Shown here: positions 1 to 10,337 of the stretch, piece by piece
How the letters are laid out: every line of letters begins with the position of its first letter
Position numbering within the stretch: position 1 is the first letter of the stretch
Assembly: GCF_000006765.1 (NCBI RefSeq)
Contig: NC_002516.2
Reading direction: 5' to 3' (one strand)
DNA: 64,000 nt
Source of the DNA: Pseudomonas aeruginosa PAO1
Lineage (GTDB): Bacteria; Pseudomonadota; Gammaproteobacteria; Pseudomonadales; Pseudomonadaceae
The notes under the pieces: model-generated
Told to the model about the DNA's origin: nothing
The model's input: the letters and a program-made list of their open reading frames with translations, nothing else
Database searches by the model: none
Translations under genes and position numbers: made by a program

Positions 1-1095
1 GCAAAGTTTATAAAACCCGTCTGGAAAGTCCTGCCCTTCGTCGATGAGTATATGGTCGTAGTATTCAAGGCTTTGAGCGCTATTGATCAATTCCTCACAT
101 GCGAAGCTAAATGGCTCGACTCCCCTGGGCGCAGCATCCCTTGCTGAACTATATGAGCGGGGCATTCTACCTGATCTTCTGCAAGCATCTGCGTAGGTTC
201 CGCTGCTATTGCTACCTCCCCAGCCATGCCTTATGTGGATGTTGTTCCAGTCGGGATCAATCTCTTTGTAATGCCTATAGAACTTTGTTACTAAGTCTTT
301 AATCGGTGATCTAAGGCTTTTTGTGAAAAAAGTTACCAGTATTTTATCGTTGGGCCTTGTCATATGAAGGTGTGCTGCCTTCATAGCCAAGATAACCGTT
401 TTTCCCGACCCGGCCAGGCCTCGTATTCGTTGAGGGCCATCTATTGTTACAAGTGCTGCCCGTCTCTGCTTCTGATCAAAGTTGGCAATTTCTGACTCAA
501 GTTTGGCTAGGGCGGCAGCTGCTGGTGTAACTTCCGGATCTTCAACAATCCTTTTGGAGGCTCTGGTTAGCGCTTTTGCACCTTCCAGAACAGATCGAAT
601 CTCTGAAAGAGTCTCTGCGTTAGACTCTCTGTCTTTAAGTTTTTCAATTAAGGCTTCAAATGCGCCATACGACGACACGAGCTCACAATCAAGATCTTCG
701 GGTAATACATCTGTTTTTTGATCGCAATATATAACGGGTGTGACTTCAAAGGAAAGCTTTGATCTCCCTTCTCTTAGTGGCTTGCTTTTTAGCAGGCGGC
801 CAATCAGTATGCTGCAGAATTGATTAAGTGACTCATCGGCTTGTGAGAGTGCACCTTGATTTAGTCTCGCCAGGTTTATTAGTCGTATTGCTAAAATCCC
901 GTGGGCGGGACTAAGTATAAGCACATCTGGCTTGTGAGTTACCGTGTCGTAGTCGGAGTATGCCGGAAAATCGTAATAAAGAGCACTTCCCGCCAGGTTT
1001 AATCGGTCACTATTACTTTCTATATAGCTAATGAATTCTCGACCTAGCGGATCTTTGTTTAGTCTGTCGGTAGTTACCAGAATATCTATTGACAT
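1..1095 (-). CDS. Superfamily-1 (UvrD/Rep-like) helicase with NERD-like N-terminal domain; 5' part only, runs off the left edge (PA1372-like, probable anti-phage helicase)
   Basis: Manual translation from ATG 1095 gives 365 open codons (MSIDILVTTDRL...FYKLC). Walker A GPQRIRGLAGSGKT, motif Ia ILVTFFTKSL, Walker B HILIDEGQD. Low-GC codon usage. Absent from the ORF track because the stop is outside the window. Confidence 0.9.
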   Translation of the reverse strand, partial: MSIDILVTTDRLNKDPLGREFISYIESNSDRLNLAGSALYYDFPAYSDYDTVTHKPDVLILSPAHGILAIRLINLARLNQGALSQADESLNQFCSILIGRLLKSKPLREGRSKLSFEVTPVIYCDQKTDVLPEDLDCELVSSYGAFEALIEKLKDRESNAETLSEIRSVLEGAKALTRASKRIVEDPEVTPAAAALAKLESEIANFDQKQRRAALVTIDGPQRIRGLAGSGKTVILAMKAAHLHMTRPNDKILVTFFTKSLRSPIKDLVTKFYRHYKEIDPDWNNIHIRHGWGGSNSSGTYADACRRSGRMPRSYSSARDAAPRGVEPFSFACEELINSAQSLEYYDHILIDEGQDFPDGFYKLC

Positions 1096-1395
1096 TTCAC
1101 GCCCTTAAATCAGTTGGCTCTAAAGTTGTGCGCCTAAGTGTTCGAAGGCACTTATTAATAAGCTATTTTTTCAATAAAAGCGCGCAAGCTTGCAATGAAG
1201 TGGTGTGCGCGTTCATAATAATCAATTTTTCTTTCACTGTTTGCTCGGAGTCCTTTTCTTTCGGGAAGACTAGCGCCTAGCTGATTATTCAGCAATCGCC
1301 ATCCCGAGAGATTGACCCAAGTTTCGGTAGGATTTTCCGTAGGCTAGGCTAGTTTGGCCTGCTTCCGGCATAACCTATCCGGTGCAGATCCTCCA

Positions 1396-1553
1396 TTAGT
1401 TGTACGCCGCATGACGGTTCACCGGGGGCTGGATCATTCTGCCGGCGAGCATCAACTCCATCACGCAGAGCTCCCCCTCGTGGGCGATAAGCAAAAGCGT
1501 GCGCGCGCGCCCTCAAGGGCAAGACACTGGAAAAGTGAATGCAGGGCGATAAT
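1396..1553 (-). pseudogene. arsR: Degraded ArsR/SmtB-family repressor (arsR) remnant
   Basis: Minus strand reads IIALHSLFQCLALE-(1-nt frameshift)-RARTLLLIAHEGELCVMELMLAGRMIQPPVNRHAAYN*. This matches by eye the Pseudomonas ArsR N-terminus pattern F.CL.DETR.R..LLI...GELCVCELM.A....QPKISRHLA. ATT stands where the start codon would be; premature TAA at 1396-1398. Confidence 0.7.
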
Positions 1554-1814
1554 TGAATTTCCCGTCTAGCTTAGCTGGACCAAGACCAGAGTGGAGGACC
1601 AAACCAATTCGGCGTCCGCTTCTGGCCGAAATCGGCCATCGAACGCCCACTCCACAAGCAATTTCCCGCTCCCACGAATCCAGATCGTGCCTACACACCG
1701 TCACGACGCAGTTACAGCATTAGGAAAACCCACACGCGCTGGTGGGGCATGCGACATGAGTGGCTTCCCCTCCGCCAGCGCGCTCAGGAACGACTGGCAG
1801 AGGGGTCGCCCACC

Positions 1815-3083
1815 CTACACCCAGCGCCGGAACAACAGGCTGGCATTCACCCCGCCGAAGCCGAAGCCATTGGACAGCGCGTGTTCCATCGGCCAGCGCC
1901 GGGCTTCGCCGCGAACCAGGTCGAGGCCCTCGGCGTCGGTGTCGGGCGTTTCCAGGTTGAGCGTGGCGGGGGCGAGCTGGTCGCGCAGTGCCAGGACCGT
2001 GAAGATCGCCTCGATGCCGCCGGCGGCGCCCAGGAGGTGGCCGGTGGCGGATTTGGTCGCGCTGATGGCGAGCCCGCTGCCGGCGCCGAACACGGCCTTG
2101 ATGGCGGCCAGTTCGCCCTTGTCGCCTACCTGGGTGGAGGTGGCGTGGGCATTCAGGTGTTGCACCGCGGCCGCTTCCACGCCGGCCTGGCGCAGCGCCT
2201 GCTGCATGGCCCGGCGGGCACCGCTGCCATCTTCCGGCCCGGCGGTCATGTGGTAGGCGTCGGCGCTGGTGCCGTAGCCCACCAGCTCGGCGATGGGCCT
2301 GGCGCCGCGCGCCAGGGCGTGCTCCAGTTCCTCGATGACCAGTAGGCCGGCGCCTTCGCCCATGACGAAGCCGTCGCGGGCCTGGTCGAAGGGGCGCGAG
2401 GCGCGTTCGGGGCTGTCGTTGAAATCGCTGGACAGGGCGCGCGCGGCGGCGAAGCCGGCCAGGCTGACCCGGTGGATGGTCGCTTCCGCGCCGCCGCAGA
2501 GCGCCACGTCGACCTCTCCCGCGCGGATCATCCGCGCCGCGTCGCCGATGGCTTGCACGCCCGCCGCGCAGGCGGTCACCGGGGCGCCCAGCGGTCCCTT
2601 GAAGCCATGGCGGATCGACACATGGGCGGCCGCCATGTTGCAGAGAAAGGACGGGATGGTGAAGGGCGACAGGCGTCGCGGCCCCTTGCCGTCGGTGGTC
2701 CGCACCGCTTCGGCGATGGCATGGAAGCCGCCCACCCCGGAGGCGATGACGGTCGCCGTGCGCTCCTGCGCCTCGGCGCTCTGCGGCGCCCAGCCGGCCT
2801 GCGCCAGGGCCTCTTGCGCGGCGGCCAGGGCGAAGAGGATGAAGCGGTCCATCTTGCGTTGTTCCTTGGCGGCCAGCAGCAGGTCGGGATCGAAGCCGGC
2901 CTGCGGGTCCCGGGCACGGTCGGGGACCTGGCCGCCGATGCTGATGGGCAGGTCGCCGATCAGCTCCGCCGGGAGCGTGGCGATGCCCGATTGCCCGGCC
3001 AGCAGGCGTTGCCATATGGGTTCGACTCCGCAGCCCAGCGGGCTGACCGCGCCCATGCCGGTGACGACGATACGTTTGCTCAT
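1815..3083 (-). CDS. fabF2: 3-oxoacyl-ACP synthase II (KAS II)
   Basis: 422 aa; RIVVTGMG start, catalytic Cys in TACAAG, His in AHATST and GHLLGAAG, C-terminal SNGFGFGG. Confidence 0.95.
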   Translation of the reverse strand: MSKRIVVTGMGAVSPLGCGVEPIWQRLLAGQSGIATLPAELIGDLPISIGGQVPDRARDPQAGFDPDLLLAAKEQRKMDRFILFALAAAQEALAQAGWAPQSAEAQERTATVIASGVGGFHAIAEAVRTTDGKGPRRLSPFTIPSFLCNMAAAHVSIRHGFKGPLGAPVTACAAGVQAIGDAARMIRAGEVDVALCGGAEATIHRVSLAGFAAARALSSDFNDSPERASRPFDQARDGFVMGEGAGLLVIEELEHALARGARPIAELVGYGTSADAYHMTAGPEDGSGARRAMQQALRQAGVEAAAVQHLNAHATSTQVGDKGELAAIKAVFGAGSGLAISATKSATGHLLGAAGGIEAIFTVLALRDQLAPATLNLETPDTDAEGLDLVRGEARRWPMEHALSNGFGFGGVNASLLFRRWV

Positions 3084-3128
3084 GAGGGTCCGAGTCCTTC
3101 TGTTCCGTTGGAATAGCAGTCAGTGGAC

Positions 3129-3151
3129 GTAACTATCATCATGAAAGTAAC
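3129..3151. promoter_or_regulatory. Imperfect palindrome, candidate operator of the HxlR-family regulator
   Basis: GTAACTATCAT-C-ATGAAAGTAAC (18 of 22 positions symmetric) in the 108-bp divergent gap between fabF2 and the regulator. Confidence 0.55.
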
Positions 3152-3191
3152 ATGCGGACCAGCACTTTGTGAGCCTCGCCAAGGAAGAACC

Positions 3192-3698
3192 ATGCAACGC
3201 AAGACCTTCGCCGATGCCGAATGCCCCATCGCCCGCAGCCTGGAACGGGTCGGCGAATGGTGGAGCATCCTGATCATGCGCGATGCACTACAGGGCCTGC
3301 GCCGCTTCGACGAATTTTCCCGCAGCCTGGATATCGCGCCGAACATGCTCACCCGGCGCCTGAACGCGCTGGTGGAGGCGGGCCTGCTCGAACGCCAGCC
3401 CTACAGCCAGCGTCCGCTGCGCTATCAGTACGTGCCCACGGCCAAGGGCGAGGATTTTCGCGTCGTGCTCATGGCTTTCGTCGCCTGGGGCAATCGCCAC
3501 TACGCAGAGGAAGGGCAGAGCGTGCAGCTCGTCGAGCGAACAAGCGGGCGGCCGGTGCGCTCGTTCATGGCGGCTCTCGCCGATGGCCGAACGGTACCGC
3601 TGGAGCAATGCACCGTGCAGGCCGGGCCTGCCGCCAGCGAGGAAATGCGCCAGCGCCTGGCGGCCATGCCGGAGCGGAGCGAGCTACCGGCTCGATGA
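3192..3698 (+). CDS. HxlR/MarR-like winged-helix transcriptional regulator
   Basis: 168 aa from ATG 3192 (AGGAAG upstream); N-terminal [21 protein letters not shown]...RRFDEF...LTRRL...Y..T.KG is the HxlR pattern. Confidence 0.9.
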   Translation: MQRKTFADAECPIARSLERVGEWWSILIMRDALQGLRRFDEFSRSLDIAPNMLTRRLNALVEAGLLERQPYSQRPLRYQYVPTAKGEDFRVVLMAFVAWGNRHYAEEGQSVQLVERTSGRPVRSFMAALADGRTVPLEQCTVQAGPAASEEMRQRLAAMPERSELPAR

Positions 3699-3912
3699 AC
3701 GGGCTCCCTGGCGTCCGCCGCCTGGTCGAGGAGACGGACGAGGCGTTCGCGGTTCTGTTCCTTGTAGCTGGCCATCGTTCGCGGTCGTGGTTGGGAAAAA
3801 CGCGATCGTCGAGGCTTGCGCATGGCGCTGGCAGGTCCGCCTCGCGAGCCGTTCGGCAACACCGCGAGCCCTCGGCCTGCTAGAGTGTGCAGCCTCGTTC
3901 GCGGAGGTCTGC

Positions 3913-5055
3913 ATGCGTATTCTCGCCGATGAAAACATTCCCGTGGTCGACGCCTTCTTCGCCGACCAGGGCTCCATTCGCCGCTTGCCCGGGCGCGCCA
4001 TCGACCGCGCGGCGCTGGCCGAGGTCGACGTGCTGCTGGTGCGCTCGGTCACCGAGGTCAGCCGCGCGGCGCTGGCCGGCTCGCCGGTGCGCTTCGTCGG
4101 CACCTGCACCATCGGCACCGACCACCTCGACCTCGACTACTTCGCCGAGGCCGGCATCGCCTGGTCCAGCGCACCCGGCTGCAACGCCCGCGGGGTGGTG
4201 GACTACGTGCTCGGCTGCCTGCTGGCGATGGCCGAGGTGCGCGGCGCCGACCTGGCCGAACGCACCTATGGGGTGGTCGGCGCCGGGCAGGTCGGCGGGC
4301 GGCTGGTGGAGGTGCTGCGCGGGCTGGGCTGGAAAGTGCTGGTCTGCGATCCGCCGCGCCAGGCACGCGAGCCGGACGGCGAATTCGTCTCGCTGGAACG
4401 GCTGCTGGCCGAGGCCGACGTGATCAGCCTGCACACTCCGCTGAACCGCGACGGCGAACACCCGACCCGCCACCTGCTGGATGAGCCCCGCCTGGCCGCC
4501 CTGCGTCCCGGCACCTGGCTGGTCAACGCCAGCCGTGGCGCGGTGGTCGACAACCAGGCCCTGCGCCGCCTGCTCGAAGGCGGCGCCGACCTGGAAGTGG
4601 CGCTGGACGTCTGGGAAGGCGAACCGCAGGCCGACCCCGAACTGGCCGCGCGCTGCCTGATCGCCACGCCGCACATCGCCGGCTACAGCCTGGAAGGCAA
4701 GCTGCGCGGCACCGCACAGATCTACCAGGCCTACTGCGCCTGGCGCGGCATCGCCGAACGCGTGAGCCTGCAAGACGTGCTGCCGGAAACCTGGCTCGCC
4801 GGCCTGCAACTCAACCCCGGCTGCGACCCGGCCTGGGCGCTGGCCACGCTGTGCCGCGCGGTGTACGACCCGCGCAGCGACGACGCCGCCTTCCGCCGCA
4901 GCCTGACCGGCGACAGCGCCACCCGCCGCGCCGCCTTCGACGCCCTGCGCAAACACTACCCGCCGCGCCGCGAGATCACCGGCCTGCGCGTCGCCACCGG
5001 TGGACAGGCGGAGTTGCAGCGGGTGGTGCGGGCGCTGGGGGCGCAGTTGGTCTAG
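3913..5055 (+). CDS. pdxB: Erythronate-4-phosphate dehydrogenase
   Basis: 380 aa from ATG 3913 (GGAGG RBS); [46 protein letters not shown]. Confidence 0.97.
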
Positions 5056-5089
5056 GGGCGTGCGGCTGGGTCGATTCCTGTCTCCGCAC

Positions 5090-6823
5090 CTACCCGAGCA
5101 ACTGCTCGGGCGTCTCCTGCCGCCGATAGGGAAACACGTCGATCACCTTGCCCTCGCGGATCTGCTCCTGCAGGCCCTGCCAGTATTTGGCGTCGTAGAG
5201 GTTGCCGTGCAGCTTGGCGAATAGCCGGCGCTGGTTGAGGTCGACGAACAGGAAGCGCGGGAATTCTTCCGGGAACACGTCGTTGGGCCCCACCGAATAC
5301 CAGGGCTCGGACGACATCTCGTCCTCGGGGAAGCGCGGCTCGGGGATGTAGCGGAAGTTCACCTCGGTGAGGTAGCAGATCTCGTCGTAGTCGTAGAACA
5401 CCACCCGGCCATGGCGGGTCACGCCGAAGTTCTTCAGCAGCATGTCGCCGGGGAAGATGTTCGCCGCCGCCAGTTGCTTGATCGCCAGCCCGTAGTCGTT
5501 CAGCGCCTCGCGGGTCTGCGCCTCGCTGGCGTTCTCCAGGTAGATGTTCAGTGGGGTCATGCGCCGCTCCGTCCAGCAGTGGCGGATCAGCACCACGTCG
5601 CCTTCCATCACCACCGTCGACGGCGCCACTTCCAGCAGTTCGGCCAGGCACTCCGGCTCGAACTTGCTCACCGGGAAGCGGAAGTCGGCGAACTGCTGGG
5701 TGTCGGCCAGGCGTCCGACCCGGTCGTGGTTCTTCACCAACTGGTACTTCTGGATCACCGTGGCGTGGTCGACGCTCTTCGAAGGGTTGAAGCGGTCCTT
5801 GATGATCTTGAACACCGTGTTGAAGCCGGGCAGGGTGAACACGCTCATCACCATGCCGCGCACGCCGGGGGCCATGACGAAGCGGTCGTCGGTGGTCGCC
5901 AGGTGGTTGATTAGGGCGCGGTAGAACTCGCTCTTGCCCTGCTTGTAGAAGCCGATCGACGTGTACAGCTCGGCCAGGTGCTTGCCCGGCAGCAGGCGCT
6001 TGAGGAAGGCCACCAGCTCGGCCGGCACCGGCACGTCGACCATGAAGTAGGAGCGGGTGAAGGAGAAGATGATCGAGACTTCCGCCTCGTCGGTGATCAC
6101 CGTGTCGAACTGGATGCCGTGGTCCTCGCGGTGCAGCAGCGGGAACACCAGCGGCCACTGCTCGTCCGGGGTGAACAGGCGGCCCACCAGGTAGGCGCCC
6201 TTGTTGCGATAGAACACCGAGCCGATCAGCTCGATGGCCAGGTCCGGGTCCTTGCACACCCAGTCCGGCAGGTTGCTGTGCAGCAGTGCGTCGATCCGTT
6301 CGAGGTCGCGCTCGCGGTCGTCGTAGGGCACGTCGAAGCGGTAGTCGTCGAAGATCTTCTCCAGCGCCTGGCGCAGGTCGCCGCCCGGCCGGTAGGTGCG
6401 GGTGTAGGGCGCGCGGGCGTGGGCGCGCAGCGAGGGCCGGGTGGTGTGCACGAACATCGTGCCGTCGCTGATGTTGTCGTGGCTGAACAGCCCGCAGAAG
6501 ATCGAGTTGAACCAGGTCTCGGCCAGCTCGTCGTCCAGCCGCAAGTCGATCTGCGCGATGTAGGCGCTCTTGATGATCGGCCAGCGCTCCACGTCCAGCA
6601 GCTCGCTGTCGGCCAGCCCCGCGCGCAGCCCGGCCACCGTCTCGGCGACCTTTTCCTCGTAGAGGTTGATCCGCTGCGCCGAGGCGCGCTGCGCTTCCTG
6701 CCACTGCGCCTGCTCGAAGCGGGCACGGGCGCCGTCGGTGATCTCGCGGAACTGCTCTCGGTAATCGTCGAAACCGCGCAGGATGAGGGCGGCGATTTCG
6801 CTGGCTGGGGCGCTCTGGACCAT
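5090..6823 (-). CDS. aceK: Isocitrate dehydrogenase kinase/phosphatase
   Basis: 577 aa from ATG 6823; [47 protein letters not shown]. Confidence 0.97.
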   Translation of the reverse strand: MVQSAPASEIAALILRGFDDYREQFREITDGARARFEQAQWQEAQRASAQRINLYEEKVAETVAGLRAGLADSELLDVERWPIIKSAYIAQIDLRLDDELAETWFNSIFCGLFSHDNISDGTMFVHTTRPSLRAHARAPYTRTYRPGGDLRQALEKIFDDYRFDVPYDDRERDLERIDALLHSNLPDWVCKDPDLAIELIGSVFYRNKGAYLVGRLFTPDEQWPLVFPLLHREDHGIQFDTVITDEAEVSIIFSFTRSYFMVDVPVPAELVAFLKRLLPGKHLAELYTSIGFYKQGKSEFYRALINHLATTDDRFVMAPGVRGMVMSVFTLPGFNTVFKIIKDRFNPSKSVDHATVIQKYQLVKNHDRVGRLADTQQFADFRFPVSKFEPECLAELLEVAPSTVVMEGDVVLIRHCWTERRMTPLNIYLENASEAQTREALNDYGLAIKQLAAANIFPGDMLLKNFGVTRHGRVVFYDYDEICYLTEVNFRYIPEPRFPEDEMSSEPWYSVGPNDVFPEEFPRFLFVDLNQRRLFAKLHGNLYDAKYWQGLQEQIREGKVIDVFPYRRQETPEQLLG

Positions 6824-6958
6824 GCTGGCGTCCTTTCGTTGTTTGAAGGTCGAGCTTAGCCAGAGCCGCGCGGCAGGGAAAGCGCGATCTCCGACCGGCT
6901 GGTCGAGCCCGGCGCAGACGCTTATGCTGGGTGGCCAGACAGCCCAGGGATGACCGCA

Positions 6959-7492
6959 ATGACCGCCGAATCGCCGACGATCCGCCTCGAACGCTACAGC
7001 GAACGCCACGTGGAAGGCCTCACCGCCCTGTACAACGACCCCGCCGTGGCCCGCCAGGTCCTGCAGATGCCCTACCAGTCGGTGGAGCAGCGCCGCAAGC
7101 GCCTGCACGACAGCGCGGACGACGACCGCCTGCTGATCCTCGTCGCCCTGCACCAGGGCGACGTCATCGGCAGCGCCAGCCTCGAACAGCACCCGCGCAT
7201 CCGCCGCAGCCACAGCGGCAGCATCGGCATGGGCGTCGCCGTCGCCTGGCAGGGCAAGGGCGTCGGCAGCCGCCTGCTCGGCGAACTGCTGGACATCGCC
7301 GACAACTGGATGAACCTGCGCCGCGTCGAACTCACCGTCTACACCGACAACGCCCCGGCGCTGGCGCTGTATCGCAAGTTCGGCTTCGAGACCGAAGGGG
7401 AGATGCGCGACTACGCGGTGCGGGACGGGCGCTTCGTGGATGTGTACAGCATGGCGCGCTTGCGGAGGGTCGAGGGGCGGGTGGGGGAGTGA
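6959..7492 (+). CDS. GNAT-family acetyltransferase
   Basis: 177 aa (alternative ATG 6950); V...[11 protein letters not shown] acetyl-CoA motif, [11 protein letters not shown]. Confidence 0.9.
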   Translation: MTAESPTIRLERYSERHVEGLTALYNDPAVARQVLQMPYQSVEQRRKRLHDSADDDRLLILVALHQGDVIGSASLEQHPRIRRSHSGSIGMGVAVAWQGKGVGSRLLGELLDIADNWMNLRRVELTVYTDNAPALALYRKFGFETEGEMRDYAVRDGRFVDVYSMARLRRVEGRVGE

Positions 7493-7634
7493 GGGGCGGG
7501 CGCGACGAGAGGCTGCGGACCGGCGCGACCTCCTGGCTCGCCGGGCTTCCGTTCCACGACAGGTTCGTCCTGGGCTTCGGGCATACGGTGACAGTGGACA
7601 AGCAGCGCGGCTGTTATCTGGGAGGCGAGGGCGC

Positions 7635-7997
7635 GTGACGAAGGATCCTGCGACGGACAGCGGCCTGAACGTGCGCCTGGTCGCCGCGTTCGCCGGCTGG
7701 AAAGGCATTCCCTGGCTGTGCTGGGCCCACAGCGACCTGTCCCCGCGGCTGGTCCTGCATGCGGACCGTGTCGAGTTCCGCGTCATCCGCACGCGCTCGA
7801 AGCCGTATTCCAGCATTTCCCGGGTGGACTACCGGAAATGGCACTACACCGAGAACATCGTGCTGGAGTTCACCGACTCGCTGACGACCTTCATCGGCAA
7901 TACGATGAATCCCGCCACGGCACGGCAGGCGATTCGGTACTTGCAGGAAAAGGGCTGTCCGTTGTCGGAGCGGGCCAGCAACCTGGCCATGGCGTAG
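7635..7997 (+). CDS. Hypothetical protein (~120 aa)
   Basis: GTG start after GGAGG-like sequence; plausible globular composition; fills the gap between GNAT gene and REP pair. Confidence 0.65.
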   Translation: MTKDPATDSGLNVRLVAAFAGWKGIPWLCWAHSDLSPRLVLHADRVEFRVIRTRSKPYSSISRVDYRKWHYTENIVLEFTDSLTTFIGNTMNPATARQAIRYLQEKGCPLSERASNLAMA

Positions 7998-8074
7998 GGC
8001 GAATAACCGCAGCGCGGTTATCCGCCGGTTCGGCGCGGTATCGGCGGATAATGCCGTGGAATTATCCGTCTACG
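7993..8074. repeat. Inverted pair of P. aeruginosa-type REP elements
   Basis: CGTAGGGCGAATAACCGC-AGC-GCGGTTATCCGCC (7993-8026) and an inverted degenerate copy GGCGGATAATGCCGTGGAATTATCCGTCTACG (8043-8074), between convergent genes. Confidence 0.8.
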
Positions 8075-8086
8075 ACTTTCCAAACC

Positions 8087-8920
8087 TCATCCATCCGTCG
8101 ACCGCGTGACCTCTTCCCACGCCGCGATTTCCTCCTCCAGCGCCTTCAGCTTCTGCCGCACCAGCCCCAGTGCATCGCTGCCCAGCAGCAGGTGCGCCGG
8201 CGGGTTTTCCGCGTCGATGGCCTGGAGCATGGCGCGCGCGGCCTTGCGCGGGTCGCCCGGTTGCTTGCCGCTCTTTTCCTGGCGAGCCTGGCGGACCGGG
8301 TCGAAGAGCGCGTCGTAGTCGGCGATGGTGCGCGGGCTGCGGACCATCGAACGGCCGGCCCAGTCGGTGCGGAAGGAGCCGGGGGCCACCGCGGTGACGG
8401 CGATGCCGAGGCCGGCCACCTCCTTGCCCAAGGCTTCGGAAACCCCTTCCAGGGCGAACTTGCTGCCGCAGTAGTAGGCGATGCCGGGCATGGTGATGTA
8501 GCCGCCCATGGAAGTGATGTTGAGGATATGACCGCGGCGGCGCCGACGCATGTAGGGCAGCACGGCCTGGATCATCGCGACCGCGCCGAACAGGTTGACC
8601 TCGAACTGCCGGCGCATCTCGGCCAGCGGCGACTCCTCGAGGATGCCTTCATGACCATAGCCGGCACTGTTCACCAGCACGTCCAGCGGACCGATGTCGC
8701 GCTCGATGGCTGCGACCGTCGGCTCGATGGCGGCGAGGTCGGTGACATCCAGCAGCCGGCCGAAGGCCTGGCCCGGCGCCACGGCTTCCAGTGCGCTCCT
8801 GGCCTCCTCGCTGCGCACCGTGCCCACCACGCGGTGACCGGCATCCAGGGCCTCGCGGGCCAGGGCCTGGCCGAAGCCGCTGCTGGCGCCGGTGATCAAC
8901 AGGGTCTTGCGAAACGACAT
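8087..8920 (-). CDS. Short-chain dehydrogenase/reductase
   Basis: 277 aa; TGASSGFG, VNSAG, catalytic YCGSK. Confidence 0.93.
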   Translation of the reverse strand: MSFRKTLLITGASSGFGQALAREALDAGHRVVGTVRSEEARSALEAVAPGQAFGRLLDVTDLAAIEPTVAAIERDIGPLDVLVNSAGYGHEGILEESPLAEMRRQFEVNLFGAVAMIQAVLPYMRRRRRGHILNITSMGGYITMPGIAYYCGSKFALEGVSEALGKEVAGLGIAVTAVAPGSFRTDWAGRSMVRSPRTIADYDALFDPVRQARQEKSGKQPGDPRKAARAMLQAIDAENPPAHLLLGSDALGLVRQKLKALEEEIAAWEEVTRSTDG

Positions 8921-9011
8921 GGTGTGACTCCGTTACGGGGGAATGAGTGCACAATACGCAGAAATTTCCCTATCTCAGAGATCGGAATCTCTCGTTTCAT
9001 TGCCTGATTCT

Positions 9012-9977
9012 ATGAGCGCATCACTGCCTGATTCAGAAGCCATCCGCTCCGCCGACCGACAGCGCATGGTCGCGTTGCTCGAAAACCTGGCGCCCCAGGA
9101 GGGCTACAACCTCACCGGGCTCGACTGCGTCCGCCTGCTGCGTTCGGATCGTCCGCTGGCGCGGACGCCGGTGCTCTACGATCCGGGGATCGTCATCGTT
9201 TGCCAGGGGCGAAAGCGCGGCTATTTCGGCGAGCAGATCTACCTGTACGACGAGCAGCACTACCTGGCCGTGGCGGTGCCGGTGCCGTTCACCATGGAGA
9301 CCGATGCCACGCCAGAGCGACCGCTGCTGGCGATCTACCTGCACCTGGATTTCCCGCTGGCGGCCGGGCTGGCGGTGGAGATCGACCGTCAGCGCGCGCT
9401 TGCGCAGGTCGAAGCGCCGCGCAGTCTGATGTCCAGCCCTATGGACGCGCCGCTGCGGGCATCGGTGTTGCGCTTCCTGGAGGCGCTGGGCGATCCTCTG
9501 GAGACAGCGATCCTCGCGCCTGCGCTACTGCGCGAGCTGTACTTCCGCGTGCTCACCGGCCCTCAGGGCGGCGCCATGCGCGCGGCACTGGCCATGCGCG
9601 GGCGCTTCGGCAACATTGCCCGGGCGCTGCGCCGCATCCACGCGCAATACGCCGAGCCGCTCGAGCTGGCGCAACTGGCGGGCGAGGCGGGGATGAGCGT
9701 GCCGTCGTTCCACAGCCACTTCAAGGCGATCACCCAGACCTCGCCGATGCAGTACCTGAAGTGCACACGCCTGCACCAGGCGCGTCTGCTGATGGTGCGC
9801 CAGGGCATGAGCGCCCAGGCCGCCTGCCATGCGGTCGGCTACGCCAGCGCTTCGCAGTTCAACCGCGAATTCAAGCGTCTGTTCGGCCGTTCGCCACTGG
9901 CCGAGGCCCGACGCCTGCGCGCGGGTTTCTCGCTGCCGCCGGCGCAGGGGGAGGCGGAGTACGTGTCGTCGCATTAG
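9012..9977 (+). CDS. AraC-family regulator with AraC_N domain (YqhC-like), divergent from the SDR
   Basis: C-terminal double HTH (LAGEAGMSVPSFHSHFK...VGYASASQFNREFKRLFG). Start uncertain (9012 or 9066). Confidence 0.88.
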   Translation: MSASLPDSEAIRSADRQRMVALLENLAPQEGYNLTGLDCVRLLRSDRPLARTPVLYDPGIVIVCQGRKRGYFGEQIYLYDEQHYLAVAVPVPFTMETDATPERPLLAIYLHLDFPLAAGLAVEIDRQRALAQVEAPRSLMSSPMDAPLRASVLRFLEALGDPLETAILAPALLRELYFRVLTGPQGGAMRAALAMRGRFGNIARALRRIHAQYAEPLELAQLAGEAGMSVPSFHSHFKAITQTSPMQYLKCTRLHQARLLMVRQGMSAQAACHAVGYASASQFNREFKRLFGRSPLAEARRLRAGFSLPPAQGEAEYVSSH

Positions 9978-10337
9978 GGCGAGCGTGGAGTCGGTTCGCC
10001 TTCCTGCTCTTGGCCGAGTTCGCTAGGTGAATGTCGGTTGCATTGCCGCTGTTGGCGTCTCGGTGCAGTGACAGTCCTGGTCGGGTGACGCGAGTCCTGC
10101 GCGGGGTGGGCAAGCCGTTACCCGTACCGACTGCACTGTTTGCCTATCCATCCGGTGCCGCCTGCCGTAATGGTCGGGTCCTTGCGTGCTTGGCGATGGA
10201 GTCTCGAAATGATTGGGTTTTACGACTTGTAAGTTGGGAGTTTTCTTACTTCTAACTCAGGATTTTCAATTTTCTATAAATGCCACACTTCCCGCATCTT
10301 CAACTCATCGCTTTCCATCCTGCCATCTGCAAACCCA

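Noticed and set aside
111-1280. Short plus-strand ORFs 111..302, 482..721, 1089..1280
   Set aside because: They lie opposite the real minus-strand helicase or its promoter; no RBS or motifs.
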